The notes: generated from the sequence alone by a model not told the origin. Counted from the stretch's first letter, positions 9,036 through 17,162 are shown. The stretch is 64,000 nt of DNA from Hallerella sp. (GCA_963620985.1 CAVFCI010000001.1:26093-90092); one strand, 5' to 3'. Numbers and translations: made by a program.

Positions 9036-9908
9036 ATGATGTCAATCGAAGTATTCACCGATTCCGCAGCCAACATACCGGCTGCAAAGCTCGAGGAGCT
9101 GAATATACATGTGATCGCGTGCAGCTATGAGCTGGGCGGCAAGATCATAAAGTGCCCCTTGGCTCCCGAGGATTTTGACGGACACGAGTTTTACGATATG
9201 CTCCGAGCCAAGACCGAGGTGCGCACGAGCATGACCAATTCGCACGATATCGCCGAGGGCTTTGAGACGGAGCTTTCAAAGGGCAATGATATCGTCTACA
9301 TAAGCATTTCCTCCGGCATCAGCGGAACGTTCAACGCAGGCCGCCTTGCCGCCGAGGAGCTACGCGAGAAGTACCCCGAGCAGCGCATAGAGGTCTTTGA
9401 CTCCATGGGCGCGGGGCTCGGCATCGGCCTGCTTGCGATGAAGGCCGCTGACTACCGCGACGAGGGGCTTGAGATGAACGCCCTTATCGAGCGCCTTGCA
9501 TCCGACCGCAGCGGTCTGTGCGAGTATTTCACCGTGGATGATCTTATGCATCTGCGCCGCGGCGGACGGCTGTCCGGCATTGCCGCAATGGTGGGCACGG
9601 TGCTCAACGTAAAGCCGCTTCTGCGCGGCGACGAGGAGGGCAAGATCGTCGTCTTTGCCAAGCTACGCGGCAGGAAGAAGGCGATCGAGGCCATCGCGCA
9701 CGAGTACGAGGCCAAGGCCGTCGATCCGCAGCATCAGCGCGTTGCGATAAGCCACGGCGACTGTCCCGAGGACGCGGAAAAGCTCGCGGAGCTGGTGCGC
9801 GCCATAGCCGAGCCGCAGGAGCTCATCATAGCTACACACGAGCCGTACACGGGCATCCACGTCGGCCCCGGCATGCTCTCGCTGTTTTTCATCGGCGCGG
9901 GCAGATAA
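9036..9908 (+). CDS. DegV family fatty-acid-binding protein
   Basis: 290-aa ORF with DegV hallmarks (TDSAANIP, TSMTN, ISISSGISGT, LRRGGRLS). Confidence 0.9.
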   Translation: MMSIEVFTDSAANIPAAKLEELNIHVIACSYELGGKIIKCPLAPEDFDGHEFYDMLRAKTEVRTSMTNSHDIAEGFETELSKGNDIVYISISSGISGTFNAGRLAAEELREKYPEQRIEVFDSMGAGLGIGLLAMKAADYRDEGLEMNALIERLASDRSGLCEYFTVDDLMHLRRGGRLSGIAAMVGTVLNVKPLLRGDEEGKIVVFAKLRGRKKAIEAIAHEYEAKAVDPQHQRVAISHGDCPEDAEKLAELVRAIAEPQELIIATHEPYTGIHVGPGMLSLFFIGAGR

Positions 9909-9912
9909 CATT

Positions 9913-9971
9913 AAGCTGACGGGCGGCAGTGGTTCGACTCCCTTCAGCTTAGATAAACTTCCGGCGCAGCG
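9913..9971 (+). repeat. tRNA-T-arm-like hairpin motif, copy A (partner at 12745-12788)
   Basis: AAGCTGAcGGG...GGTTCGACTCCCtTCAGCTT forms a hairpin containing a GGTTCGACTCC T-loop-like core. The 3' part is repeated imperfectly at 12745-12788. Confidence 0.5.
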
Positions 9972-10006
9972 AATCGCTTTGATTTGCTGCGCCGGAGTTT
10001 TTTTAT
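9961..10006 (+). terminator. Rho-independent terminator after degV
   Basis: CCGGCGCAGC...GCTGCGCCGG stem followed by AGTTTTTTTATTTT. Confidence 0.7.
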
Positions 10007-10275
10007 TTTCCGCTGTCGTCATCCTTATAGTGTATGCGCTTGCCGCAATAGGGGCAGAACTCCATTAGCGCCATGGGCAGCACCTGCTTGCAGTACGGAC
10101 ATCTCCAATTGATGAAAACGTAAACGCAAAGCACGAGCACAATGGCGAGACTTACGCCACAGTATATGTAGAAGAATATCATGCTATCGAGTGCACAGAC
10201 GATGATGCTAAGCGAAAAAATTATACAGAACACTATGAGCATTGCCCTGCCGCACAGCTTGAAGGGATCTTTCAT
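10003..10275 (-). CDS. Small membrane protein with C-terminal zinc-ribbon
   Basis: 90-aa ORF with two hydrophobic helices, then CPYC...CPYC. AGGAGG RBS. Confidence 0.55.
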   Translation of the reverse strand: MKDPFKLCGRAMLIVFCIIFSLSIIVCALDSMIFFYIYCGVSLAIVLVLCVYVFINWRCPYCKQVLPMALMEFCPYCGKRIHYKDDDSGK

Positions 10276-10319
10276 GCGTTAAAACCTCCTGTGATCAGCG
10301 GCCTGCCTCCGATTTGAAT

Positions 10320-10344
10320 GCAGGGCAGGGAAGTCCTGCCCTGC
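10320..10344 (-). terminator. Hairpin downstream of the 10354 gene
   Basis: GCAGGGCAGG-GAAGT-CCTGCCCTGC, a perfect 10-bp stem with a weak T tract. Confidence 0.35.
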
Positions 10345-10353
10345 GTACAGTAA

Positions 10354-10929
10354 CTAATTGTTATTCAGGTAAACGCTCAGGTCAAGGTCGGACAGGGGGA
10401 TGAGGTAGAAAAGATATTCGTCTCCCCAGCAGGCCTTCACCCAATACACGGTCTCGGGGGCGGGCTCGTCGATCACATAAGTGCGCTTGCCGCCGCCAAG
10501 CTGCAAAACGGAATCGGCATTTCCCGTGCGGAGCTCATCTGTGGGCGAAAAGCTTTCGCCGAAGACGTAGACCGTGACCTTATCGGGGGCTTTGTGGCCG
10601 TGCTCAAAACGCAAGGTGATGGGAGAACCGGCCGCCGAGTCGGGTATTACATGGTCGAATACGCCGACGGGATATTTTCGGCCTCCGTCAGGAAGACGTG
10701 TTTCCATGTACAGCTCAGAACCCTCGTCAAGAGGATGTTTAGGTGTCATCCACTTATAGCCGACACAGCTCGGGTTATCGTATACGGCAGTGCTGCCGTC
10801 TGCGTTGGTGTATTCGGCTTCGAGCTTTACGAAATAATGACCGTCCTCATGAGGTATCAATGCTATGACGATCGCCGCGATAACCGCCGCGATACCGAAT
10901 GCTATCCATATGTGTTTTGATTTTGACAT
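10354..10929 (-). CDS. Hypothetical membrane-anchored protein
   Basis: N-terminal TM helix (IWIAFGIAAVIAAIVIALI) then a ~160-aa soluble domain. The GGAGG RBS lies inside the first codons of the track ORF, so the second ATG (MSKSK) is preferred as the start. Confidence 0.55.
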   Translation of the reverse strand: MSKSKHIWIAFGIAAVIAAIVIALIPHEDGHYFVKLEAEYTNADGSTAVYDNPSCVGYKWMTPKHPLDEGSELYMETRLPDGGRKYPVGVFDHVIPDSAAGSPITLRFEHGHKAPDKVTVYVFGESFSPTDELRTGNADSVLQLGGGKRTYVIDEPAPETVYWVKACWGDEYLFYLIPLSDLDLSVYLNNN

Positions 10930-10943
10930 GTTTACCTCCATTG

Positions 10944-12155
10944 TTATTTAGGCAACCAAAGTGAGTAACTTAGACTTGCGCTATTTGCAGAAACATAAAA
11001 TGACGTAGCACCGGATAGAGGAATGTTGAAAGAAACATCATACTGTACATTTGAGGTTACAGTATAATTTGCCGAATGAGCTGAGCCCGGATTATAAATA
11101 TTAAATCCCGCAGTCATACCGGATTTGTCAAGTACAACAGTGCCGCTTGATGAAGTATATTTGCACGTTACAGTACCTTTTGCGCCAGTAGTAGTTGATG
11201 TCAGAGAGCCCTTTAGACTGCTGAGTGCAGCGTCAAATGTGTTTGTCGGGAGTCCAAATGCTGACAGGAAGTCAATTATTAGATTCTTTAATAATGTGCT
11301 ACCTTTACCTGCATATGCATTGGAAACACTGTCCAGCGAAAGGACGCTACTGATTTCCGAATTTGAATTTCGAGAAAGCGAAATGGTTATTTTGCTTACA
11401 TATACTTTGCTAACAGTAGAGTTGGCATTGTCGTAATATGTTTTTACAGCACTAATATAAGTTTTGACCTGTGTACCTATTCGTTTGGCATTTGAAGCAT
11501 AGTATACAGACAATGTTTGCCCGTTAACAGATGAAACATTAGCTAGCTTTTTGGTAATAGACCCTTTCTTCACAAAATTTGCATCAACCTCAAGCGGAGA
11601 AACTTCTTCGTCAGAAGGAGAAATAGGTGCGGACTCCAACGAGACATTTGGCCTTACAACATCGACATCATCGGCCATAACACGTTCGCCGAAGGCAAAC
11701 ATAATCTGTGTATCGGAATCAATTAAAGGATTAATAACTATTCCTGCGTTGATTTTGTTTTCACCAACCGATTTTGTAAAACCGGCTGTGAGCGGCAGAT
11801 TGATTTCGCCTATTGAAATTTCGCCGTAGAGAGGTCCGTTCAATATGCTCGAGCCGTCAGTAAGCTCAAGAAGATCAACATCGCCAGCGGCGGTTAAAAG
11901 ATAATCGTTTTCTCTTACACTTATCGTAGCAGACATGCTTACATGGAAAATGTCATCTTTCATGGTGCGCGAAACGTTGTAATTATATTCCGCATCAGCA
12001 TTTCCGGTACCAAAAAGAGCCTCAAATTCATCATTTGTTATAGCGGCTATGGAACTGTTTCCATGCAGAGCAATGCCGTCCGCAAAAGCTGTCACGCCCA
12101 GTGACATCATAATAGCAAATATAAGGACGAAGCACAAGAATTTTCTAAACTTCAT
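10944..12155 (-). CDS. Hypothetical secreted protein, Ser/Thr/Asn-rich, low-GC gene
   Basis: 403-aa ORF with a signal peptide (MKFRKFLCFVLIFAIMMSLGVTAFA). No motif recognised. GC is clearly below the flanks. Confidence 0.55.
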   Translation of the reverse strand: MKFRKFLCFVLIFAIMMSLGVTAFADGIALHGNSSIAAITNDEFEALFGTGNADAEYNYNVSRTMKDDIFHVSMSATISVRENDYLLTAAGDVDLLELTDGSSILNGPLYGEISIGEINLPLTAGFTKSVGENKINAGIVINPLIDSDTQIMFAFGERVMADDVDVVRPNVSLESAPISPSDEEVSPLEVDANFVKKGSITKKLANVSSVNGQTLSVYYASNAKRIGTQVKTYISAVKTYYDNANSTVSKVYVSKITISLSRNSNSEISSVLSLDSVSNAYAGKGSTLLKNLIIDFLSAFGLPTNTFDAALSSLKGSLTSTTTGAKGTVTCKYTSSSGTVVLDKSGMTAGFNIYNPGSAHSANYTVTSNVQYDVSFNIPLSGATSFYVSANSASLSYSLWLPK

Positions 12156-12173
12156 TTTTGTTCTCCTTTGTTT

Positions 12174-12596
12174 TTAGTATTCGGCATATTCGGTGATAGT
12201 GATGGCTTCCGTGTTTTTTGCGTACAGTGTGAATGTTGTCGTGCAGCGGTAGCTGCCGGAGCCGGTGAGCTGCTTTTTAAATGATGTTATCATTCTCGAA
12301 GAGCTTGCGCTGTGGTAAATGTAATTATCTGAGGTGCCGACATTTACCTTGACCCACTTGGTTCCGGACTTTTTTTCGATACAGGTCTTTGCCTTGATCT
12401 TTGTTACATCACTTTTGCCGGAGCATATGAGATTAACAGACGCGCTTCCGCCTTCGGCAATGCGAAATGTAACAGTAGGCTTTGTCGCGTACAGGCTTTG
12501 AAGCTCAATGCCGCCGGACGGCTGCGCGGCATATGCGGAAACGGGCACGCCGGTGACGATCAAAAGACTCAGCATCAGACAGGCGATCCTTTTCAT
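12174..12596 (-). CDS. Hypothetical small secreted protein
   Basis: 140-aa ORF with a signal peptide (LLIVTGVPVSAYA). First gene of the minus-strand run of three secreted/membrane-protein genes (10354-12596). GGGAGGGA RBS. Confidence 0.55.
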   Translation of the reverse strand: MKRIACLMLSLLIVTGVPVSAYAAQPSGGIELQSLYATKPTVTFRIAEGGSASVNLICSGKSDVTKIKAKTCIEKKSGTKWVKVNVGTSDNYIYHSASSSRMITSFKKQLTGSGSYRCTTTFTLYAKNTEAITITEYAEY

Positions 12597-12697
12597 ATTT
12601 CATCCCTCCCTTCTGTATTTTTTGCCCCTTATCTATATAAACAGAGAAAAACGAAAAAATACGACAGCTTTTCTGAAAAAATTTTTTATTTTTCAAT

Positions 12698-12726
12698 TGA
12701 CTTGAAAATATATAAAAAATAAGATA
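12698..12726 (+). promoter_or_regulatory. Candidate sigma-A-like promoter giving a long leader to the sigma-factor gene
   Basis: TTGACT, 17-nt spacer, TAAGAT. It would produce a leader of roughly 285 nt. Confidence 0.3.
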
Positions 12727-12744
12727 GACTCAGACTGTTAAAAC

Positions 12745-12788
12745 CGGCAGGGTTCGGCTCCCGTCAGCTTAAAGATATCCGCGCAGCG
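12745..12788 (+). repeat. tRNA-T-arm-like motif, copy B (partial copy of 9924-9971)
   Basis: CGGCAGGGTTCGGCTCCCGTCAGCTTA...GCGCAGCG matches copy A in 25 of the first 28 aligned columns (by eye), plus the terminal GCGCAGCG. Confidence 0.5.
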
Positions 12789-12864
12789 GGGGAGCCCGAG
12801 GGGTAGCGCGCCGTGACCGAGCCGCAGCGAGAAAAGACCCGCCTCGAGTTGGATAAACCGCCGT

Positions 12865-12892
12865 CGGAATCCTTGAAATTTCAAGGATTCCG
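12865..12892. promoter_or_regulatory. Perfect 28-nt palindrome CGGAATCCTTGAAA|TTTCAAGGATTCCG
   Basis: Checked by reverse-complementing each half. Lies in the sigma-factor leader/divergent intergenic region. Confidence 0.6.
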
Positions 12893-12898
12893 GTAAAA

Positions 12899-12922
12899 GC
12901 ATTTTGAAAATTTTCAAAATGC
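12899..12922. promoter_or_regulatory. Perfect 24-nt palindrome GCATTTTGAAAA|TTTTCAAAATGC
   Basis: Checked by reverse complement. Lies 6 nt after the first palindrome and shares its TTGAAA/TTTCAA core. Confidence 0.6.
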
Positions 12923-12938
12923 TCGGCGGAAAAGTGCA

Positions 12939-12970
12939 GTCAAAAAAGTCTCGCGATGGACTTTTTTGAC
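12939..12970. promoter_or_regulatory. 12-bp inverted repeat GTCAAAAAAGTC-N8-GACTTTTTTGAC
   Basis: Perfect arms. The 8-nt loop contains the ATG at 12956 that opens the track ORF. Confidence 0.55.
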
Positions 12971-13018
12971 AGGCTCAAGATAGACTGTCATCGGAACAGG
13001 GGGGAGAGTGCCTTGCTG

Positions 13019-13588
13019 ATGCTTTATGCAGCCGTCATTGACGATGCGGCTGAAATGAAAAGATTCGAAAAGATATATTATGAATATCGTGATCAGATGT
13101 TCTTTGTCGCAAATGATGTCCTGCACGATGAGCACGAGGCCGAGGATGCTGTGCAGAATGCCTTTATCGGCATAGCCAGAAACATAAGAAGCCTGCCGAC
13201 CGATGATAAGCGCATAGTGCGTGCGTATACGCTGACGGCGGCGAAGAATGCGGCGCTCAATCTTCTTCCGCAGAAACAGCGGCGCGATATGCAGCTTGAT
13301 ATAGATGAGGTGGATATTGCCGCCGACGAGGATGTTTTTGCTCAGATCGCGGCCTCCGAGGACAGAGAGACGATATCAAAGGTGATAGGGAAGCTGCCGG
13401 ATATATACAGAGACGTGCTGCTGCTGCGCTGTGTCTGCGGACTTAAAGCCGCGCAGACGGCGCAGCTGCTCGGACGAAAAAAGGCGACTGTCGAAAAGCA
13501 GATGGAAAGAGCGCGAAAGCTTGTGGTCAGGCTGTGCATCGAGGAAGGGATGGTGCTTAAACGTGGAAAAAACGATGACGGTATTTGA
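13019..13588 (+). CDS. ECF-type sigma-70 family RNA polymerase sigma factor
   Basis: Region 2 (FEKIYYEYRDQMFFVANDVL, DAVQNAFIGI) and region 4 HTH (YRDVLLLRCVCGLKAAQTAQLLGRKKATVEKQMERARKLV). The ATG at 13019 follows a GGGGGAGAG RBS. The alternative start at 12956 sits inside a hairpin. Confidence 0.8.
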   Translation: MLYAAVIDDAAEMKRFEKIYYEYRDQMFFVANDVLHDEHEAEDAVQNAFIGIARNIRSLPTDDKRIVRAYTLTAAKNAALNLLPQKQRRDMQLDIDEVDIAADEDVFAQIAASEDRETISKVIGKLPDIYRDVLLLRCVCGLKAAQTAQLLGRKKATVEKQMERARKLVVRLCIEEGMVLKRGKNDDGI

Positions 13589-14330
13589 AAACGCACTTTT
13601 GAATAAGACGCTGCAAGGCTTTGACTATGTCCCTGACGCAGAGAGCATAAAGCATGAATTTTCCCCGCGCTTTGAAAGAGAAGCCCGAGGGCTCATCAAA
13701 AAAAGCGCCTCGAATGTCTGGCACTGCGTGAACACGACCGCAAAAAAGCTGCTTATCGCGGCGATAATAGCGGCGCTGCTCACGGGCACGGTTTTTGCCG
13801 TCCCCGCGCTGAGGGAGGGGCTTATCAGAATGTTTATTCATGACGACGGCAGCATGTATTCCTTCAGCGTTGACCGGAGCATGATAGCAAACGCGCCGAC
13901 GGAGATCGAAACGGCCTATTCTTTGACGTATATTCCTGATGGCTATGAGCTCGTTGACACAGTAGCTGTCCGTGAAGGTGTCGTATTACTTGACTATATG
14001 GATGAAAACGACGGCTGGATATGGTTCATGCAGGAGACCGTCACGCAGGATCCTCGCAATAAGCTCGGCGGACTGTCGGATTCCGAACGCTCGGAGCTTG
14101 AGCATGTCGTGCTCAACGGCTATGAGGTGATACGGATAGTCCACGAGGAAGGCGAAGTAGAGTTCTTGTGGACGGATGACAAGTATTTCTTCGAGCTGTT
14201 CTGCTCAAAGGGCGGCATCGACGAGGCCGAAAAAATATTCTACGGCGTAAAGCCCGATGCCCCGCTCACGCAGAGGATAGCAAACGGCGAAAGCATAATG
14301 GAAGGCAAACATGTCATGGATTTGGATTGA
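13575..14330 (+). CDS. DUF4367-type putative anti-sigma factor (single TM)
   Basis: Overlaps the sigma gene stop. Short cytoplasmic N-terminus, TM helix (LLIAAIIAALLTGTVFAV), then an extracytoplasmic domain with the YIPDGYEL motif typical of DUF4367. Confidence 0.65.
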   Translation: MTVFENALLNKTLQGFDYVPDAESIKHEFSPRFEREARGLIKKSASNVWHCVNTTAKKLLIAAIIAALLTGTVFAVPALREGLIRMFIHDDGSMYSFSVDRSMIANAPTEIETAYSLTYIPDGYELVDTVAVREGVVLLDYMDENDGWIWFMQETVTQDPRNKLGGLSDSERSELEHVVLNGYEVIRIVHEEGEVEFLWTDDKYFFELFCSKGGIDEAEKIFYGVKPDAPLTQRIANGESIMEGKHVMDLD

Positions 14331-14342
14331 TACTGAATACTG

Positions 14343-14380
14343 ACCGCGTTTTTCCGCTTCGGAAAGGCGCGGTTTTTGTT
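14343..14380 (+). terminator. Rho-independent terminator
   Basis: ACCGCGTTTTTCCG-CTTC-GGAAAGGCGCGGT followed by TTTTGTTG. Confidence 0.65.
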
Positions 14381-14419
14381 GTGTCTTATTAAGAAAGCTG
14401 ATATAATAAACTGATTAAA

Positions 14420-14585
14420 TACTGCCTGCGGTGCTGCATGACGCAGCCTAACAAGGAATTCGGTGCAAATCCGAAGCAGTCCCGCTGCCGTGAATGGCGA
14501 CGAGGGCGCATTGGCCACTGTTTTTAAACTGACGGGAAGGCGCGCCTGAGCTTGACCCATGAGCCGGAAGACTTGCCGCAGCGCG
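14420..14585 (+). promoter_or_regulatory. Cobalamin (B12) riboswitch
   Basis: P1 halves CTGCGG (14426) and CCGCAG (14576). Core GGTGCAAATCCGAAGCAGTCCCGCTGCCGTGAA, a GGGAAGG element, and B12 box GAGCCGGAAGACTTGCC (14561-14577). Confidence 0.8.
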
Positions 14586-14703
14586 TGTGTTTGAAATTCT
14601 GAGGAGGTGGGATATATGCGCGAGGACGCATGGACGCTCAATATTACCTACGAGTAGAGCTGAAAAAAAGAAAAACCAAAACAATTTACTTGGAGGTAAA
14701 AAC

Positions 14704-17154
14704 ATGAAAAAAAGATCACTGAGCCTGCTTCTGGCTCTCTTAATGGTGCTCAGCCTCATCGTGCCCGGCACGGCGGCATTTGCCGACGATGCCTCGCAGT
14801 GGCCGAGCTTCCGCGGCAGCGATACGAACATGGCGATAAGCGCAGCCGAAACTCCGGCCGACGCGCAGCACACAACGCTCAAGTGGGCAAACACACTTTC
14901 CAGCGATTGGAGCAAAGCACCCTCCGCGCCGATAATCGCCGGCGATAAGCTCGTCACCCTGTGCGGCGATGAGCTCACGCTGCTCTCGCTTGACGACGGC
15001 AGCGTTGTAAAAACGGCAAAAATGCACAGCAGCACAAGCTTCGGCCTTGCAGCTGCGACCTATGCCGGCGGCCTTATCATAGCTCCGCTGGACAAGGGCG
15101 GCATCGAGGCCTTTGATGCCGAAACGCTTGAAAGCAAATGGGTCTATACCGATGAGCTCGGCGGACAGGCATCCTCTCCCGTTCTGTATTCCGACGGAAA
15201 GCTCTATGTCGGCTTCTGGAACAATGAGACCGAGGATGCAAGCTTCGTCTGCGTCGATGCCGAGACCGGTAGCCTCGACTGGAGCTATACCGTAAAGGGC
15301 GGCTTCTACTGCGCAGGCGCTGTCGCGGTCGGAGATTTTGTGCTTGTCGGCAGCGACGACGGCGCTAAGGGCTCCGAGGGCGACGGTATGCTGCGCGCAT
15401 TCAAAAAGAGCTACGCGGCAAGCGAGGAGGTTAAGCCCGTATCGAGCGCCGCGCTCACCGGCTGCGGCGATGTGCGGTGCAGCCTAGCATACTCCGACGG
15501 CAGGGTCTACTTCACCACCAAGGGCGGCTATCTCGGCTCGGCAGCCGTTGACGGTGCATCAGGCGCGATAGACGATGTCAAGACCGTTTCCTTCGGCGCG
15601 CAGAGCACCTCAACGCCCGTTGTCTACGGCGGCTACGTTTACTTCGGCGCGGGCAAGGGCTTTAACGACCCGGGCATGTTCGTCATTGCGGATAAGGACA
15701 GCCTTGAGGTCAAGAACACAGTCGAGCTGAAGGGCTACGCGCAGTGCTCGATGCTCCTGTCAACCGCCTACCTCGAGTCCGAGGGCTATCTGTATTTCTA
15801 CAGCACCTACAATACAACGCCCGGCGGTGTTTCGCTCATAAAGGTCAAGGCCGACGACGTGAGCAAAACGGAGCTTGTCGATATCTTCGACGCGGCAGGC
15901 TATGAAAACTACTGCATTTGCAGCATCATCTGCGATGCAGACGGCGATCTCTATTACAAAAACGACAGCGGCACGATCTTCTGCCTGAGCAATGAGTACA
16001 GCGAGGAGATCCTCGTGAGCATTGCAAACAAGGGCGGCGTCGAGCTCAGCTACGCCTCCGTCACCGCCTCCGACCGCAACGACGACGGTATCATCGACAT
16101 TGACGAGGTGCTGTACGCCGCGCACGATAAATATTACGACGGCGGCGCAGCAGCAGGCTATGCCAGCGCAAGCAGCGAATACGGCGCGTATATCGCAAAG
16201 CTCTGGGGCGACGAAAGCGGCAGCTTCGGCTATTTTGTCGATAACAAAATGGCCATGAGCCTTGGCGACAAGGTCGTGGCAGGCCAGCATGTCTATGCCT
16301 ATGTAAACGCAAACGCATATCCCAATAACGATTCATACGCCTATTTTGAAAGCTCATCGGCAGACACCGCGGCTTATGCGGCAGTGACCATTAAGCTCAC
16401 AGCGCAGAACGGTTATGATGAAAACTGGAGCCCGAAGTTCGAGGCTTATGACAAGGCTCAGCTCAAGGCTTACAGTGCAGACCTCAAGACCGAGGCGGAG
16501 GGCTTCACGGCAGCGTCGCTCGGAAACGGCGAGTATAAGCTCAGCTTCAAGAGCGCCGGTGAGTACCTCGTCGTCGCAGCGGCAGAAAATAACGCGATCA
16601 TCCCCGCGGTGTGCAGGGTAAGCGTTAAGGAAACCGCTGGCTTTTCCGATGTAAGCAGCGACAGCTATTACTACGATGCCGCAATGTGGGGCAGCGCGAA
16701 CGCCGTGGTCAACGGCTACGGAAACGGCGAGTTCCGCCCCGACGGTCAGTGCACCCGTGCCCAGATCGTGAGCTTCCTCTACCGTCTGGCAGGCAGCCCC
16801 GAGGTCAGCGGCGAGTGCAGCTTCAGTGACGTTCCCGACAGCTACTATAAGAATGCCGTTATCTGGGCAGCGGAGAACAAGGTCACAAACGGCACGACCG
16901 CCGATACCTTCTCCCCGAACGCCGTGTGCACCCGCGCACAGGCAATGACCATGCTCTACCGCTATCTCGGCGCACCCGAATATGAGGCCGGCAGCGGCTT
17001 TGCCGATGTCGCCGACGGCGCATTCTATGCCGATGCGGTCATGTGGGCGGCGGCAAGCGGCGTGGCCAAGGGCTATAATGACGGCGCCTTCCGTCCCAAC
17101 GCTGTGTGTACCCGCGCACAGATCGTAACGTTTATCTACCGCGCAGCTGCGTGA
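14704..17154 (+). CDS. Cell-surface PQQ-like beta-propeller protein with three C-terminal SLH domains
   Basis: Signal peptide MKKRSLSLLLALLMVLSLIVPGTAAFA. PQQ-like repeats (WPSFRG..., LSLDDGSVV, AFDAETLESKW, CVDAETGSLDW). Three SLH repeats (FSDV...YYYDAAMW..., FSDVPDSYYKNAVIW..., FADVADGAFYADAVMW...). GGAGG RBS before the ATG at 14704. Confidence 0.75.
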   Translation: MKKRSLSLLLALLMVLSLIVPGTAAFADDASQWPSFRGSDTNMAISAAETPADAQHTTLKWANTLSSDWSKAPSAPIIAGDKLVTLCGDELTLLSLDDGSVVKTAKMHSSTSFGLAAATYAGGLIIAPLDKGGIEAFDAETLESKWVYTDELGGQASSPVLYSDGKLYVGFWNNETEDASFVCVDAETGSLDWSYTVKGGFYCAGAVAVGDFVLVGSDDGAKGSEGDGMLRAFKKSYAASEEVKPVSSAALTGCGDVRCSLAYSDGRVYFTTKGGYLGSAAVDGASGAIDDVKTVSFGAQSTSTPVVYGGYVYFGAGKGFNDPGMFVIADKDSLEVKNTVELKGYAQCSMLLSTAYLESEGYLYFYSTYNTTPGGVSLIKVKADDVSKTELVDIFDAAGYENYCICSIICDADGDLYYKNDSGTIFCLSNEYSEEILVSIANKGGVELSYASVTASDRNDDGIIDIDEVLYAAHDKYYDGGAAAGYASASSEYGAYIAKLWGDESGSFGYFVDNKMAMSLGDKVVAGQHVYAYVNANAYPNNDSYAYFESSSADTAAYAAVTIKLTAQNGYDENWSPKFEAYDKAQLKAYSADLKTEAEGFTAASLGNGEYKLSFKSAGEYLVVAAAENNAIIPAVCRVSVKETAGFSDVSSDSYYYDAAMWGSANAVVNGYGNGEFRPDGQCTRAQIVSFLYRLAGSPEVSGECSFSDVPDSYYKNAVIWAAENKVTNGTTADTFSPNAVCTRAQAMTMLYRYLGAPEYEAGSGFADVADGAFYADAVMWAAASGVAKGYNDGAFRPNAVCTRAQIVTFIYRAAA

Positions 17155-17162
17155 TACATTAA

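Noticed and set aside
9913-9950. Possible tRNA or tRNA pseudogene, because of the GGTTCGACTCC T-loop-like core.
   Set aside because: Only one hairpin can be drawn. There is no D-arm, anticodon arm or proper 7-bp acceptor with discriminator/CCA. It is reported as a repeat motif instead.
10003-12720. Prophage or mobile element interpretation of the low-GC block.
   Set aside because: No integrase, transposase, recombinase, or phage structural or replication motif was recognisable. Only compositional and repeat evidence exists, so it is reported as a possible islet and not annotated as a mobile element.
12956-13018. Upstream start (12956) for the sigma-factor ORF.
   Set aside because: That ATG lies in the loop of a 12-bp inverted repeat with no RBS. 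The ATG at 13019 follows GGGGGAGAG, and the sigma-factor region 2 begins shortly after it.
14587-14703. 39-codon N-terminal extension of the propeller/SLH ORF.
   Set aside because: The extension overlaps the riboswitch expression platform. The signal peptide starts at the ATG at 14704, which has its own GGAGG RBS.
16630-17154. Threefold internal repetition at the 3' end of the propeller gene.
   Set aside because: This is protein-level repetition from three SLH domains. It is not a DNA repeat element or a CRISPR-like array.
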